Part shown: piece by piece, positions 37,270 to 45,167 of the stretch | Layout: every line of letters starts with the position of its first letter | How positions within the stretch are numbered: the first letter of the stretch is position 1 | Origin: an uncultured Gaiellaceae bacterium | Lineage (GTDB): Bacteria; Actinomycetota; Thermoleophilia; Gaiellales; Gaiellaceae | Assembly (NCBI GenBank): GCA_963850995.1 | Contig: CAWKNQ010000017.1 | Location: 11,115 to 75,114 of the forward strand | DNA length: 64,000 bases | Reading direction: 5' to 3' | Position numbers and translations under genes: made by a program | Notes under the pieces: model-generated | Databases searched by the model: none | What the model was told of the DNA's origin: nothing | What the model saw: the letters and a program-made list of their open reading frames with translations, nothing else

Positions 37270-37890
37270 CTAAGCGTCGGGCTTCTCTGCGGCGAGCACG
37301 AGGTGCCCCGGTACGTTCGCATCCTTGCCCGGCCACTCCTCCAGTCCGCGGAGCACGAGCCCCGCGCGCGCGACGGCGCTCACGATCTCGCCGAGCCCGG
37401 CGGCGGCGAAGTAGTCGCCCCGCCAGCGGCCGAAGGCGTCGAGGCAGGCGGCGGCCGGGTGGGCGTCGTGGAGCAGGAGGACGCCTCCTGCTCGAAGCGC
37501 GGCCGCGATGCCCCCGGCCCACGAGTCGAGGGCGCGGATGCGGGCGAGCGAGCCGTGACCGAGGTAGACGAGATCCCAGCGGCCGAGCAGGAGCTCGGGT
37601 GGAAGCGCGTGCGCGTCTGCGTGCACCCACGGGAGGTCAGGTCGTCGCCGGCGCGCTCCCTCGATCGCGGCTGCGTCGTCGTCGACGCCGGTGACGAGCG
37701 CGCCTAGCTCTGCCAGGTCGTTCGACTCGCGCCCGGTGCCGCAGAAGAGATGGAGGACGCGACTGCCCTCGGCACCGTGCAGGCGCTCGCGGATGCGGTC
37801 GGGCATCCCGGGCGAGGCCAGGACGTTCTCGGAGGTCCTGTAAGCGTCGTCGAAGGCGCGCCGGTTCTCGTCGGTGGGCTCCATCGGCAT
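37270..37890 (-). CDS. SAM-dependent methyltransferase
   Basis: VLHLFCGTGRESNDLAELGALVTGVD is present. Confidence 0.7.
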   Translation of the reverse strand: MPMEPTDENRRAFDDAYRTSENVLASPGMPDRIRERLHGAEGSRVLHLFCGTGRESNDLAELGALVTGVDDDAAAIEGARRRRPDLPWVHADAHALPPELLLGRWDLVYLGHGSLARIRALDSWAGGIAAALRAGGVLLLHDAHPAAACLDAFGRWRGDYFAAAGLGEIVSAVARAGLVLRGLEEWPGKDANVPGHLVLAAEKPDA

Positions 37891-37895
37891 AAACG

Positions 37896-38630
37896 CTAGG
37901 CCCTCAACGAAAAGCCGCCGTCGACGACGAGTGTCTGGCCGCGGATCATCTCTGCGCCGGGAGAGCAGAGGAACGTGACCGCCTCGGCGATGTCCTCCGG
38001 CGTCACGAGCCGGCCGGCGGGGTTGTCCGCGCCGGTCCGGAGCATGTCCTCGCGGTTCGGGAAGTGCTCGAGCGCGCCCGTCTCGACGACGCCGCCCGAG
38101 ACGGCGTTGACCCGGATTCCGCGTGGTGCGAGCTCGACTGCGAGGTAGCGGACGAGCGCTTCGAGCGCCGCCTTCGAGGTGCCGACCAGCGTGTAGTTCT
38201 CGAGCACGCGCTGCGCGCCGAGGCTCGAGATGCCGATGATCGACGCGCCGTGTTGCATCTGCGGCGCGACGACGCGCGTGAGGGCGAGCAGCGCCCGCGC
38301 GTTGGCCGCGAGCGTCCAGTCCCAGTGCTTGTCCTCGGTCTCGAGCGCCGGGCGGATCACGCCCGTGGCGGCGTTGTGGACGAGCACGTCGAGCGCACCG
38401 AGCTCCGCGACCTGCTCGAGCACGCGGTCGGAGGAGACGTTGCCGCGGACGAGGACGGGCTCCGCTCCCAGCGCTCGGAGCTCCTCGGCCGTCGCCTCGG
38501 CGGCCGCATCGGAGCGGAGGTACCCGATCGCCACCCGGGATGCGCCGAGCTCGGCGAAGCGGAGCGCGATCGCCTTCCCGATCCCGCGCGAGCCACCGGT
38601 CACGAGGACCGAGGCACCGTTGAAGCTCAT
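37896..38630 (-). CDS. SDR-family oxidoreductase (FabL-like enoyl-ACP reductase type)
   Basis: ATG at 38630. VLVTGGSRGIGKAIA...NAATG...YTLVGTSKAALEAL...RVNAVSGG is present. The rest of ORF 37896..39665 is spurious. Confidence 0.85.
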   Translation of the reverse strand: MSFNGASVLVTGGSRGIGKAIALRFAELGASRVAIGYLRSDAAAEATAEELRALGAEPVLVRGNVSSDRVLEQVAELGALDVLVHNAATGVIRPALETEDKHWDWTLAANARALLALTRVVAPQMQHGASIIGISSLGAQRVLENYTLVGTSKAALEALVRYLAVELAPRGIRVNAVSGGVVETGALEHFPNREDMLRTGADNPAGRLVTPEDIAEAVTFLCSPGAEMIRGQTLVVDGGFSLRA

Positions 38631-38905
38631 GACCGTCGCGGCAGCGGCTCTTGGGCCGGAGCGGAGCTCGGGATTCCCTCCCAGCCGAGCCGCTCCCGCG
38701 ACTCCTTCGCGCCGTCCTCGGCCTTGGACGAGGCGTGCCCGAGGTCGTCCAGGAGCTGCATCTTCTCCTCGCCGTAGCGACGCACTGGGTGGTCGTGCGG
38801 CAGGTCCTCGATCAGCTCGCGCACGCGCGCCCGCAGCTGATACGCGAAGTGCGGCGTTGCCGGCCCGACGAGGGCGTCGATGTCGCGGATCGAGGGCTCG
38901 GCCAT
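38627..38905 (-). CDS. Hypothetical protein
   Basis: ATG at 38905 (MAEPSIRDIDALVGPATPHFAYQLRARV...). It overlaps the SDR start by 4 nt (ATGA). Confidence 0.45.
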   Translation of the reverse strand: MAEPSIRDIDALVGPATPHFAYQLRARVRELIEDLPHDHPVRRYGEEKMQLLDDLGHASSKAEDGAKESRERLGWEGIPSSAPAQEPLPRRS

Positions 38906-38951
38906 GAAGGCGCAGCGTAACGAGTTCGCGCGCTGGCAATAGGGTCGGCCG

Positions 38952-39845
38952 ATGCGGCGGCCGCGCACTCTCGAGCTGATGCTGCTGACGACGGTGGTGC
39001 TCTGGGCGCTGAACCTGACCGTCACGCGCTACATCCTCACGCACGGGTTCGAGCCGCTCGCGTACGCGACCGTCCGCTACGGCGCTGCGGGCGCGATCTT
39101 CGTCGGCATCGCGGTCATCGCCGAGCGGTCGCTCCGGATCCGCCGGACCGACCTCGCACTCGTCGCGGCTGCTGTGCTCTGCCTCTGGCTGAACCAGCTG
39201 GCGTTCGTGTACGCGCTCGAGGGGACGAGCGCCTCGACGATCGCGCTGATCCTCGGAGCGACCCCGATCTTCGCCGCCCTGATCGGGCTCCCGCTCGGGC
39301 TCGAGCGCGCCTTGCCGCGACGCTTCTGGATCGCGGCCGCGATCTCGTTCGCAGGTGTCGGCCTCGTTGCGCTCGGCTCCACGGCCGGACTGGGCGGCGA
39401 CGTGCGCGGCACGTTGCTCGGGATCGCAACTGCGGCGACGTGGGCAGGCTACTCGGTCGCGATCGCGCCGCTGATGGAGCGGTACTCGGCGTCGCGGATC
39501 AGCGCAGTCGTGCTTCCGCTCGCCTGGATCCTGATCGCACTCGTCGGCTGGCCGCAGACGCTCGAACAGGATTACGCGCTCGGCTGGGAGGTCTGGGCCC
39601 TGCTTGCGTTCGCGACGCTCGGCCCGCTGGTGCTCACGAACGTGCTCTGGTTCCGCTCGCTGCACCGGATCGGTCCGTCGCGGGCCACGCTCGTCGCGAA
39701 CCTGCAGCCGTTCGTCGCGGCGGTCTTCGCCGTCGTGCTCCTCTCCGAGCGGATGACGGCGCTTCAGGTCCTCGGCGGGTTTCTGATCGCCGCGGGAATC
39801 CTGTTCGCGCGAGGGCGCACCTCCGTACCCGTGGCGGGCGAGTAG
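38952..39845 (+). CDS. EamA/DMT-family transporter
   Basis: The 297-aa polytopic ORF begins LLTTVVLWALNLTVTRYIL... Confidence 0.8.
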   Translation: MRRPRTLELMLLTTVVLWALNLTVTRYILTHGFEPLAYATVRYGAAGAIFVGIAVIAERSLRIRRTDLALVAAAVLCLWLNQLAFVYALEGTSASTIALILGATPIFAALIGLPLGLERALPRRFWIAAAISFAGVGLVALGSTAGLGGDVRGTLLGIATAATWAGYSVAIAPLMERYSASRISAVVLPLAWILIALVGWPQTLEQDYALGWEVWALLAFATLGPLVLTNVLWFRSLHRIGPSRATLVANLQPFVAAVFAVVLLSERMTALQVLGGFLIAAGILFARGRTSVPVAGE

Positions 39846-39881
39846 CCGTTCTCCTCGTACACAACCGAGGAGGGGCTACGG

Positions 39882-40445
39882 ATGGACGCAGTGCTTTGGA
39901 TCGTGCTTGCCGTCGTTGTGCTGGCGGCGATCGCGCTGATCGCGTGGATCGTCGACCGCAAGCGGCGTACCTCGCACCTGCAGGACCGATTCGGCTCCGA
40001 GTACGACCGGACGGTCGAAACCTTGGACGACCGCCGCGAGGCGGAGCACGAGCTCCGCGAACGCGAACAGCGGCACGACGAGCTCGACATCACGCCGCTG
40101 ACGGCAGCGTCACGCAGCCGCTACGCGGACGAATGGGAGCGCGTGCAGGCCCGGTTCGTCGACGACCCCGAGGGCGCGGTCGGCGACGCCGACCGGCTCG
40201 TCAAGCGAGTGATGGGCGAGCGCGGGTATCCGACCGACGACGACTTCGAGCGGCGTGCCGCAGACGTCTCGGTCGACTATCCGGACGTCGTCGAGAACTA
40301 CCGCGAGGGTCACGGGCTCTGGCATCGCTACCGCTCGAGCGACGGTGACGGCGAGACCGAGGATCTGCGCCAGGCGATGGTGCACTTCCGCCGCCTCTTC
40401 GACGAGCTGCTCGAGGGCGAGCAGGTCGAAGGAGGTGTGCGCTGA
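39882..40445 (+). CDS. Membrane-anchored hypothetical protein
   Basis: It has an N-terminal TM segment and then an acidic domain containing RYADEWERVQARFVDDPEGAVGDADRLV and ...EDLRQAMVHFRRLFDELL. Confidence 0.55.
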   Translation: MDAVLWIVLAVVVLAAIALIAWIVDRKRRTSHLQDRFGSEYDRTVETLDDRREAEHELREREQRHDELDITPLTAASRSRYADEWERVQARFVDDPEGAVGDADRLVKRVMGERGYPTDDDFERRAADVSVDYPDVVENYREGHGLWHRYRSSDGDGETEDLRQAMVHFRRLFDELLEGEQVEGGVR

Positions 40446-40446
40446 C

Positions 40447-40803
40447 ATGGCCGACGACAATCGCCTGACGACCGCCGATCTGGTCAAGGAGGCCGACGAC
40501 GACGCCGAGGCCCGCGCCGACGACGACACGGAGCGCGAGCCGCTGTTCGCAGGCGAGGACGCCGAGAGCTTCCGCTCGCGCTGGCAGGAGGTGCAGGCCG
40601 GGTTCGTCGACGAGCCGCAGCAGGCCGTCAAGGACGCCGACAGCCTCGTCGCCGACCTGATGCAGCGGCTGGCCGAGACGTTCTCGCAGGAGCGCTCGAA
40701 CCTCGAGTCGCAGTGGGACTCGGGGGAGGACGCCTCGACGGAGGACCTGCGGGTCGCCCTGCAGCGCTACCGGTCGTTCTTCGACCGGCTGCTCTCCGCC
40801 TGA
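40447..40803 (+). CDS. Hypothetical protein, paralogous to the C-terminal domain of 39882..40445
   Basis: ATG at 40447. SFRSRWQEVQAGFVDEPQQAVKDADSLV and ...EDLRVALQRYRSFFDRLL mirror the upstream gene. Confidence 0.55.
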   Translation: MADDNRLTTADLVKEADDDAEARADDDTEREPLFAGEDAESFRSRWQEVQAGFVDEPQQAVKDADSLVADLMQRLAETFSQERSNLESQWDSGEDASTEDLRVALQRYRSFFDRLLSA

Positions 40804-40813
40804 ACGAGACCGC

Positions 40814-40844
40814 GGGCGTGCCGGAGGGAGGCTCCGGCACGCCC
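40814..40844 (+). terminator. 13-bp perfect-stem hairpin after 40447..40803
   Basis: GGGCGTGCCGGAG-GGAGG-CTCCGGCACGCCC. A second short hairpin (CCGCGCC-CGG-GGCGCGG) follows. Confidence 0.5.
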
Positions 40845-40878
40845 GAAGCCGCGCCCGGGGCGCGGTAACATCCGCGCG

Positions 40879-41979
40879 ATGGGCGAGCGCGACTTCATGC
40901 CGCTCGACGGCTGGGACCACGTCGAGCTCTGGGTGGGCAACGCGAAGCAGGCTGCCTACTGGTACGAGCACGCGCTCGGGTTCGAGCGCGTCGCCTATGC
41001 GGGCCCCGAGACGGGCGTCCGCGACCGCGCGTCGTACGTGCTCCAGCAGGGCGAGATCCGGTTCGTGCTCACGAGCGGCGTCCGCGCCGACAGCGAGATC
41101 GTCCGCTTCGCCGCCACCCACGGCGACGGCGCGAAGGACGTCGCGCTCCGGGTGCCGGACGCGCGCCAGGCGTACCGCGAGGCCGTCCAGCGCGGCGCGC
41201 GCGGGATCCGCGAGCCGGAGTGGTTCGAGGACGAGCACGGCCGGGTCGAGCTCGCGACGATCGCGACCTACGGCGAGAACGTGCACACGTTCGTGAACCG
41301 CGCCGAGTACGCCGGCCCCTACCTGCCGGGCTACGTCTCCCTCGCGCCGAACGGGCAGCCCGCCCAGGGCGTCGGGCTCGTCGCGATCGACCACGTGGTC
41401 GGCAACGTCGAGCTCGGCCGCATGGACCACTGGGTCGAGTTCTACGAGCGCGTCTTCGGGATGACGAACATCGTCCACTTCGGCGACGACCAGATCCAGA
41501 CCGAGTACTCGGCGCTGATGAGCAAGGTGATGGCGGACGGCAGCGGCAAGATCAAGTTCCCGATCAACGAGCCGGCCCAGGGCAAGCGCAAGAGCCAGAT
41601 CGAGGAGTACCTCGAGTTCAACGGCGGCCCCGGCGTGCAGCACATCGCGCTCCAGAGCGAGGACATCGTCGGGACGATCGAGGCGCTGAAGGACCGCGGC
41701 GTGCTCTTCCTGGACACCCCCGAGGCGTACTACGAGGAGGTCGAGGGCCGCGTCGGGGCGATCGACGAGGACTACGGCGACCTGCAGCGGCTGAAGATCC
41801 TCGCCGACCGCGACGAGGACGGCTACCTGCTCCAGATCTTCACGAAGACGGCGCAGGACCGCCCGACGCTCTTCTTCGAGGTGATCGAGCGGCACGGCGC
41901 GACCACCTTCGGCGAGGGCAACTTCAAGGCGCTCTTCGAGTCGATCGAGCGCGAACAAGCGCTCCGCGGCAACCTCTAG
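40879..41979 (+). CDS. hppD: 4-hydroxyphenylpyruvate dioxygenase
   Basis: WDHVELWVGNAKQAAYWY...IDHVVGNVE...INEPA...KSQIEEYLEFNGGPGVQHIAL...IFTKT...FFEVIERHG...GFGEGNFKALFESIE is present. Confidence 0.9.
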   Translation: MGERDFMPLDGWDHVELWVGNAKQAAYWYEHALGFERVAYAGPETGVRDRASYVLQQGEIRFVLTSGVRADSEIVRFAATHGDGAKDVALRVPDARQAYREAVQRGARGIREPEWFEDEHGRVELATIATYGENVHTFVNRAEYAGPYLPGYVSLAPNGQPAQGVGLVAIDHVVGNVELGRMDHWVEFYERVFGMTNIVHFGDDQIQTEYSALMSKVMADGSGKIKFPINEPAQGKRKSQIEEYLEFNGGPGVQHIALQSEDIVGTIEALKDRGVLFLDTPEAYYEEVEGRVGAIDEDYGDLQRLKILADRDEDGYLLQIFTKTAQDRPTLFFEVIERHGATTFGEGNFKALFESIEREQALRGNL

Positions 41980-41996
41980 GTCTAACCTTCGGCGGC

Positions 41997-43334
41997 ATGA
42001 CGCCGCAGCGGCGGACCGCGCTCGTCTCGATCGTGGCGGCGGCGACGCTCGTCGCGCTCAAGCTCGTCACGGGCCTCGCGAGCGGCAGCCTCGGGTTCGT
42101 CTCCGAGGCGCTCCACTCGGGCACCGACCTGGTCGCCGCGCTGCTCACGTTCTTCGCGATCGGCGTGGCGGTGCGGCCGGCGGACGAGCAGCACCAGTAC
42201 GGGCACGGGAAGGCAGAGCACCTCGCTGCGCTCGGCGAGGCGACCGTGCTCGCGCTCGTCAGCGTCGCCGTTGCCGCGCTCGCGGTCGCACGGCTCACGG
42301 GCGCCGCGGAGCACTCGCTCGACCCGGCCTGGTGGGTCTTCGTCGTCGCCGTGGTCGTGCTCGCGATCGACCTTTACCGCACGGTGATCTCGCTCCGGAC
42401 CGCCCGGCGGTTCAACAGCGAGGCGCTGCGCTCGAACGCGCTCCACTTCGCCAGCGACTTCGCCGGCACGCTGGCCGTGCTCGCCGGTCTCGTCGCGGCG
42501 GCGGCCGGCTTCCCGGAGGGGGACTCGCTCGCGGCCCTCTTCGTCGCCGCGCTCGTGCTTCTCGCCGCCGGCCGCCTGATCCGGCGCAACGTGGACGTGC
42601 TCATGGACCGGGCCCCGGCGGACGCCGAGGCGGCCGCGCGGGCTGCGATCGCGCGGATCGAGCCGCCGGTCTCGCTCTCCCGGCTCCGTCTCCGCCAGGC
42701 GGCCGGCCGGACGTTCGCCGACGTCGTCATCACGGTCTCTCCCGAGGCCGCCGTCGGCCAGGGGCACGCCGCGGCCGACCGCATCGAGGCCGCGCTGGAG
42801 CGGGCGCTGCCGGAGAGCGACGTCGTCGTGCACGTGGAGCCCGACATCGACCGGGCTGCGCTGCGCGAGCGTGCCCACGCGGCCGCGCTGACGGTGCCGC
42901 GCGTGCGCGAGATCCACAACCTCAGCCTCGTCTCGCTCGACGGCGTCACGGAGCTCTCCCTGCACCTGAAGCTGCCCGGTGAGCTGCCGCTCGAGGAGGC
43001 GCACGACATCGCGGAGCAGCTCGAGCGGGCGATCGTCGGCGCCGTTCCCGAGATCGCGTCGGTGCAGACCCATCTCGAGCCGCTCGCAGAGGCGGGGCCA
43101 GGCGAGGAGGTGGAGGCGGAGGAGCTCGCGGCCGCGGTCGAGCGGGCCGCGGGCGGACCACCGCGCGCGCTGCGGCTGTTGCGGACGGAGCAAGGGGTCG
43201 TCGCCTTCGTCACGCTCGGGCTCGACCCAGCGTCGACGCTCTCCGACGCCCACGCCCGCGCGAGCGAGGTCGAGGAGCGCCTCCGCCGCGCCCGCCCCGA
43301 CGTCGCCGACGTGATCGTCCACACGGAGCCGTGA
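41997..43334 (+). CDS. Cation diffusion facilitator (CDF) family transporter with a long C-terminal extension
   Basis: ATG at 41997. SGSLGFVSEALHSGTDLVAALL...YGHGKAEHLAAL...HFASDFAG..; the cytoplasmic-domain segment VVVHVEP is duplicated later as VIVHTEP. Confidence 0.85.
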   Translation: MTPQRRTALVSIVAAATLVALKLVTGLASGSLGFVSEALHSGTDLVAALLTFFAIGVAVRPADEQHQYGHGKAEHLAALGEATVLALVSVAVAALAVARLTGAAEHSLDPAWWVFVVAVVVLAIDLYRTVISLRTARRFNSEALRSNALHFASDFAGTLAVLAGLVAAAAGFPEGDSLAALFVAALVLLAAGRLIRRNVDVLMDRAPADAEAAARAAIARIEPPVSLSRLRLRQAAGRTFADVVITVSPEAAVGQGHAAADRIEAALERALPESDVVVHVEPDIDRAALRERAHAAALTVPRVREIHNLSLVSLDGVTELSLHLKLPGELPLEEAHDIAEQLERAIVGAVPEIASVQTHLEPLAEAGPGEEVEAEELAAAVERAAGGPPRALRLLRTEQGVVAFVTLGLDPASTLSDAHARASEVEERLRRARPDVADVIVHTEP

Positions 43335-43945
43335 GGCTCTGCATGTTCACGCCCGCCGAGGCCGCCCTCGAGCGGGGCTGGCCTGGGCGGATCGACGGCG
43401 ACACCGTGATCCAGCTGGCTGCGCAGACGCTGCAGGCGTTCTTCACCGGAGGTTTTACGGCGCGCGAGCACGCCAGGTACCTGCTCGCCGACGTGCTCCT
43501 GCGGGCGCCGGTGCTCGAGCCGCCGGCCGTCCGGCTCTTCGACGGCCCGGACGAGTTCTCGTTTGCGAACCCGGCCGCGATCCGGTCGCCGGGAGCGGTC
43601 GTGGCGCGTCCCGAGGGGAGGCTCGACGTCGCGATGCGGCTCGCGGCATTGATCGGCTACGACGGCGAGATCGCCGGCTTCACCGGTCTTGCGGAGTGGC
43701 GCGCCCCGGAGCTCGTGCCGCCGAAGGACCGCGACTTCGCCCTGCTGCTCGGCCCGGTCGTGGAGACGGATCTCGACGGCGGGCCCGAGTGGGAGACGGC
43801 GCGCTCGCTTGCGGCCGCGAACACGCGCCTGCGGCCGGGCGACTTGCTCGGCGGGCCGGTGCTCGAGCTGCGCGAGGACGTCCCGAGCGGCCCCGTCGAG
43901 CTCGTCTTCGCCGGCCTCGGCCCGCTCCGCGCGACGGTCGCTTGA
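43331..43945 (+). CDS. Short divergent FAH-family-like protein
   Basis: MRLCMFTP...GWPGRIDGDTVIQL resembles the FAH N-terminal domain, and ...TRLRPGDLLGGPV resembles the FAH C-terminus. It lacks several catalytic motifs, so the call is weak. Confidence 0.4.
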   Translation: MRLCMFTPAEAALERGWPGRIDGDTVIQLAAQTLQAFFTGGFTAREHARYLLADVLLRAPVLEPPAVRLFDGPDEFSFANPAAIRSPGAVVARPEGRLDVAMRLAALIGYDGEIAGFTGLAEWRAPELVPPKDRDFALLLGPVVETDLDGGPEWETARSLAAANTRLRPGDLLGGPVLELREDVPSGPVELVFAGLGPLRATVA

Positions 43946-45167
43946 CTACCTGCAGGTGCTCGGTGCCGGCTTGCCGGCGAAGCGGTCGGCGATCCAGCTC
44001 GACGACGTCGCGGCACGGCGACGTGTCCGGCGGCGAGGTGAGCGATGCCGGGGATAGAGGCGGAGCTGCGACGGTCTCGCCCTGCTCGCAGAGCTTGTCC
44101 ACGAGCCGCTTCGTCAGGTCAGGCGGCGATGATCGGGTCTTCAGTCGCCCTGGGTGATCAGGATCGGAGCACCGGTCCGTGGGTGCCTCCGGGCGTGTTC
44201 TGCATCGAGGATCGTCTTCCACGGCTCCGCTTCCCACGGCGGTGTGTGGAGGAAGGTGAGGTCGAGCGCGAGCGCGGCGCGGCACCGAGGCGAGGATCTG
44301 CTTCTGGTTGTAGAGGCAGTTGCTCGGCGATCCTGCCGACGAGCGGGCGTGCCACGGGCGTGACGATCTGGTCGAGGCTGGCGTCGTCGTAGACGCTCGC
44401 CCAGGACTGCATCGCCATCGCGATCAAGATGCGGCCGACGGTGGTCTCGATGTTGACCGCGAAGAGCTCCTCGAGATTCGGCACCGGGGCTCCGGCCGCG
44501 ACCCCGACGAGGGTCAGCTCGGGTGCGTAGCCGGAGGCGAGCTGACCGGTGAAGAGCGATGCGTGCCCGCCTTGGGAGTGGCCCCACACAACGAAGTCGG
44601 CGCTCGCATTCGCCTGGGTCAGGTTGCGGGCGGCGCGCACGCTGTCCAATGCGTTCATGGCCTCCGCGTCGCCGACGAGGTACGGGTGCGGACCGGGTGT
44701 GCCGAGCCCCTGGTAGTCGCTGGCCGCAACGACGTAGCCGGCTTTCAGGAGCTCGGCGCCGCCCTCGAAGAGCAGCGGCTGCTGCTCCGGGTTCGTGACG
44801 AGCGAGGGCGCGCAGTTGGACGCGACGCCGACGGTGCCGTGCGTGTACGCGATGACCTTCCGGCCCTCCGCGGGAGGCTCTCCGTGCGGCACGACGATCA
44901 ACCCACTGACGGCCGCCGGGTTGCCGTCGAAGCCGGTCGACTTGTAGAGCACCCGGTAGGCGGTCGCGCCGGGGTAGAAGCCCTCGACGACCTCGCGGCG
45001 GATGATCGTTCCTGGAGGCCCTCGGGAAGAGGCGAGGGTGCCGAGTAGAACGCTCCGGGATCGGCGCGGCCGGCGCGATCGATGGCGACGCTGATCGCTA
45101 TTCCGCGAGCGAGAGGAAGGCCACTGCGCTGATCAGGCGCAGGACGCGGCCAGGTGCCGACTCTCAC
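43946..45167 (-). pseudogene. Secretory-lipase (LIP) family alpha/beta hydrolase, multiply frameshifted
   Basis: The pieces, read in gene order, lie in ORFs 44898..45167, 44158..44952 (YKSTGFDGNPAAVSGLIVVP...VVWGHSQGGHASL), 44141..44587 (PWKTILDAEH...APILITQGD), 43680..44285 (LVDKLCEQGETV) and the tail ...WIADRFAGKPAPSTCR* ending at 43946. At least 4 frame switches are needed. Confidence 0.7.

Noticed and set aside
37896-39665. A 589-aa minus-strand ORF
   Set aside because: Only the last 244 codons (37896..38630, the SDR gene) are real. The upstream part is antisense to the EamA gene at 38952..39845 and overlaps the small ORF 38627..38905 in another frame.
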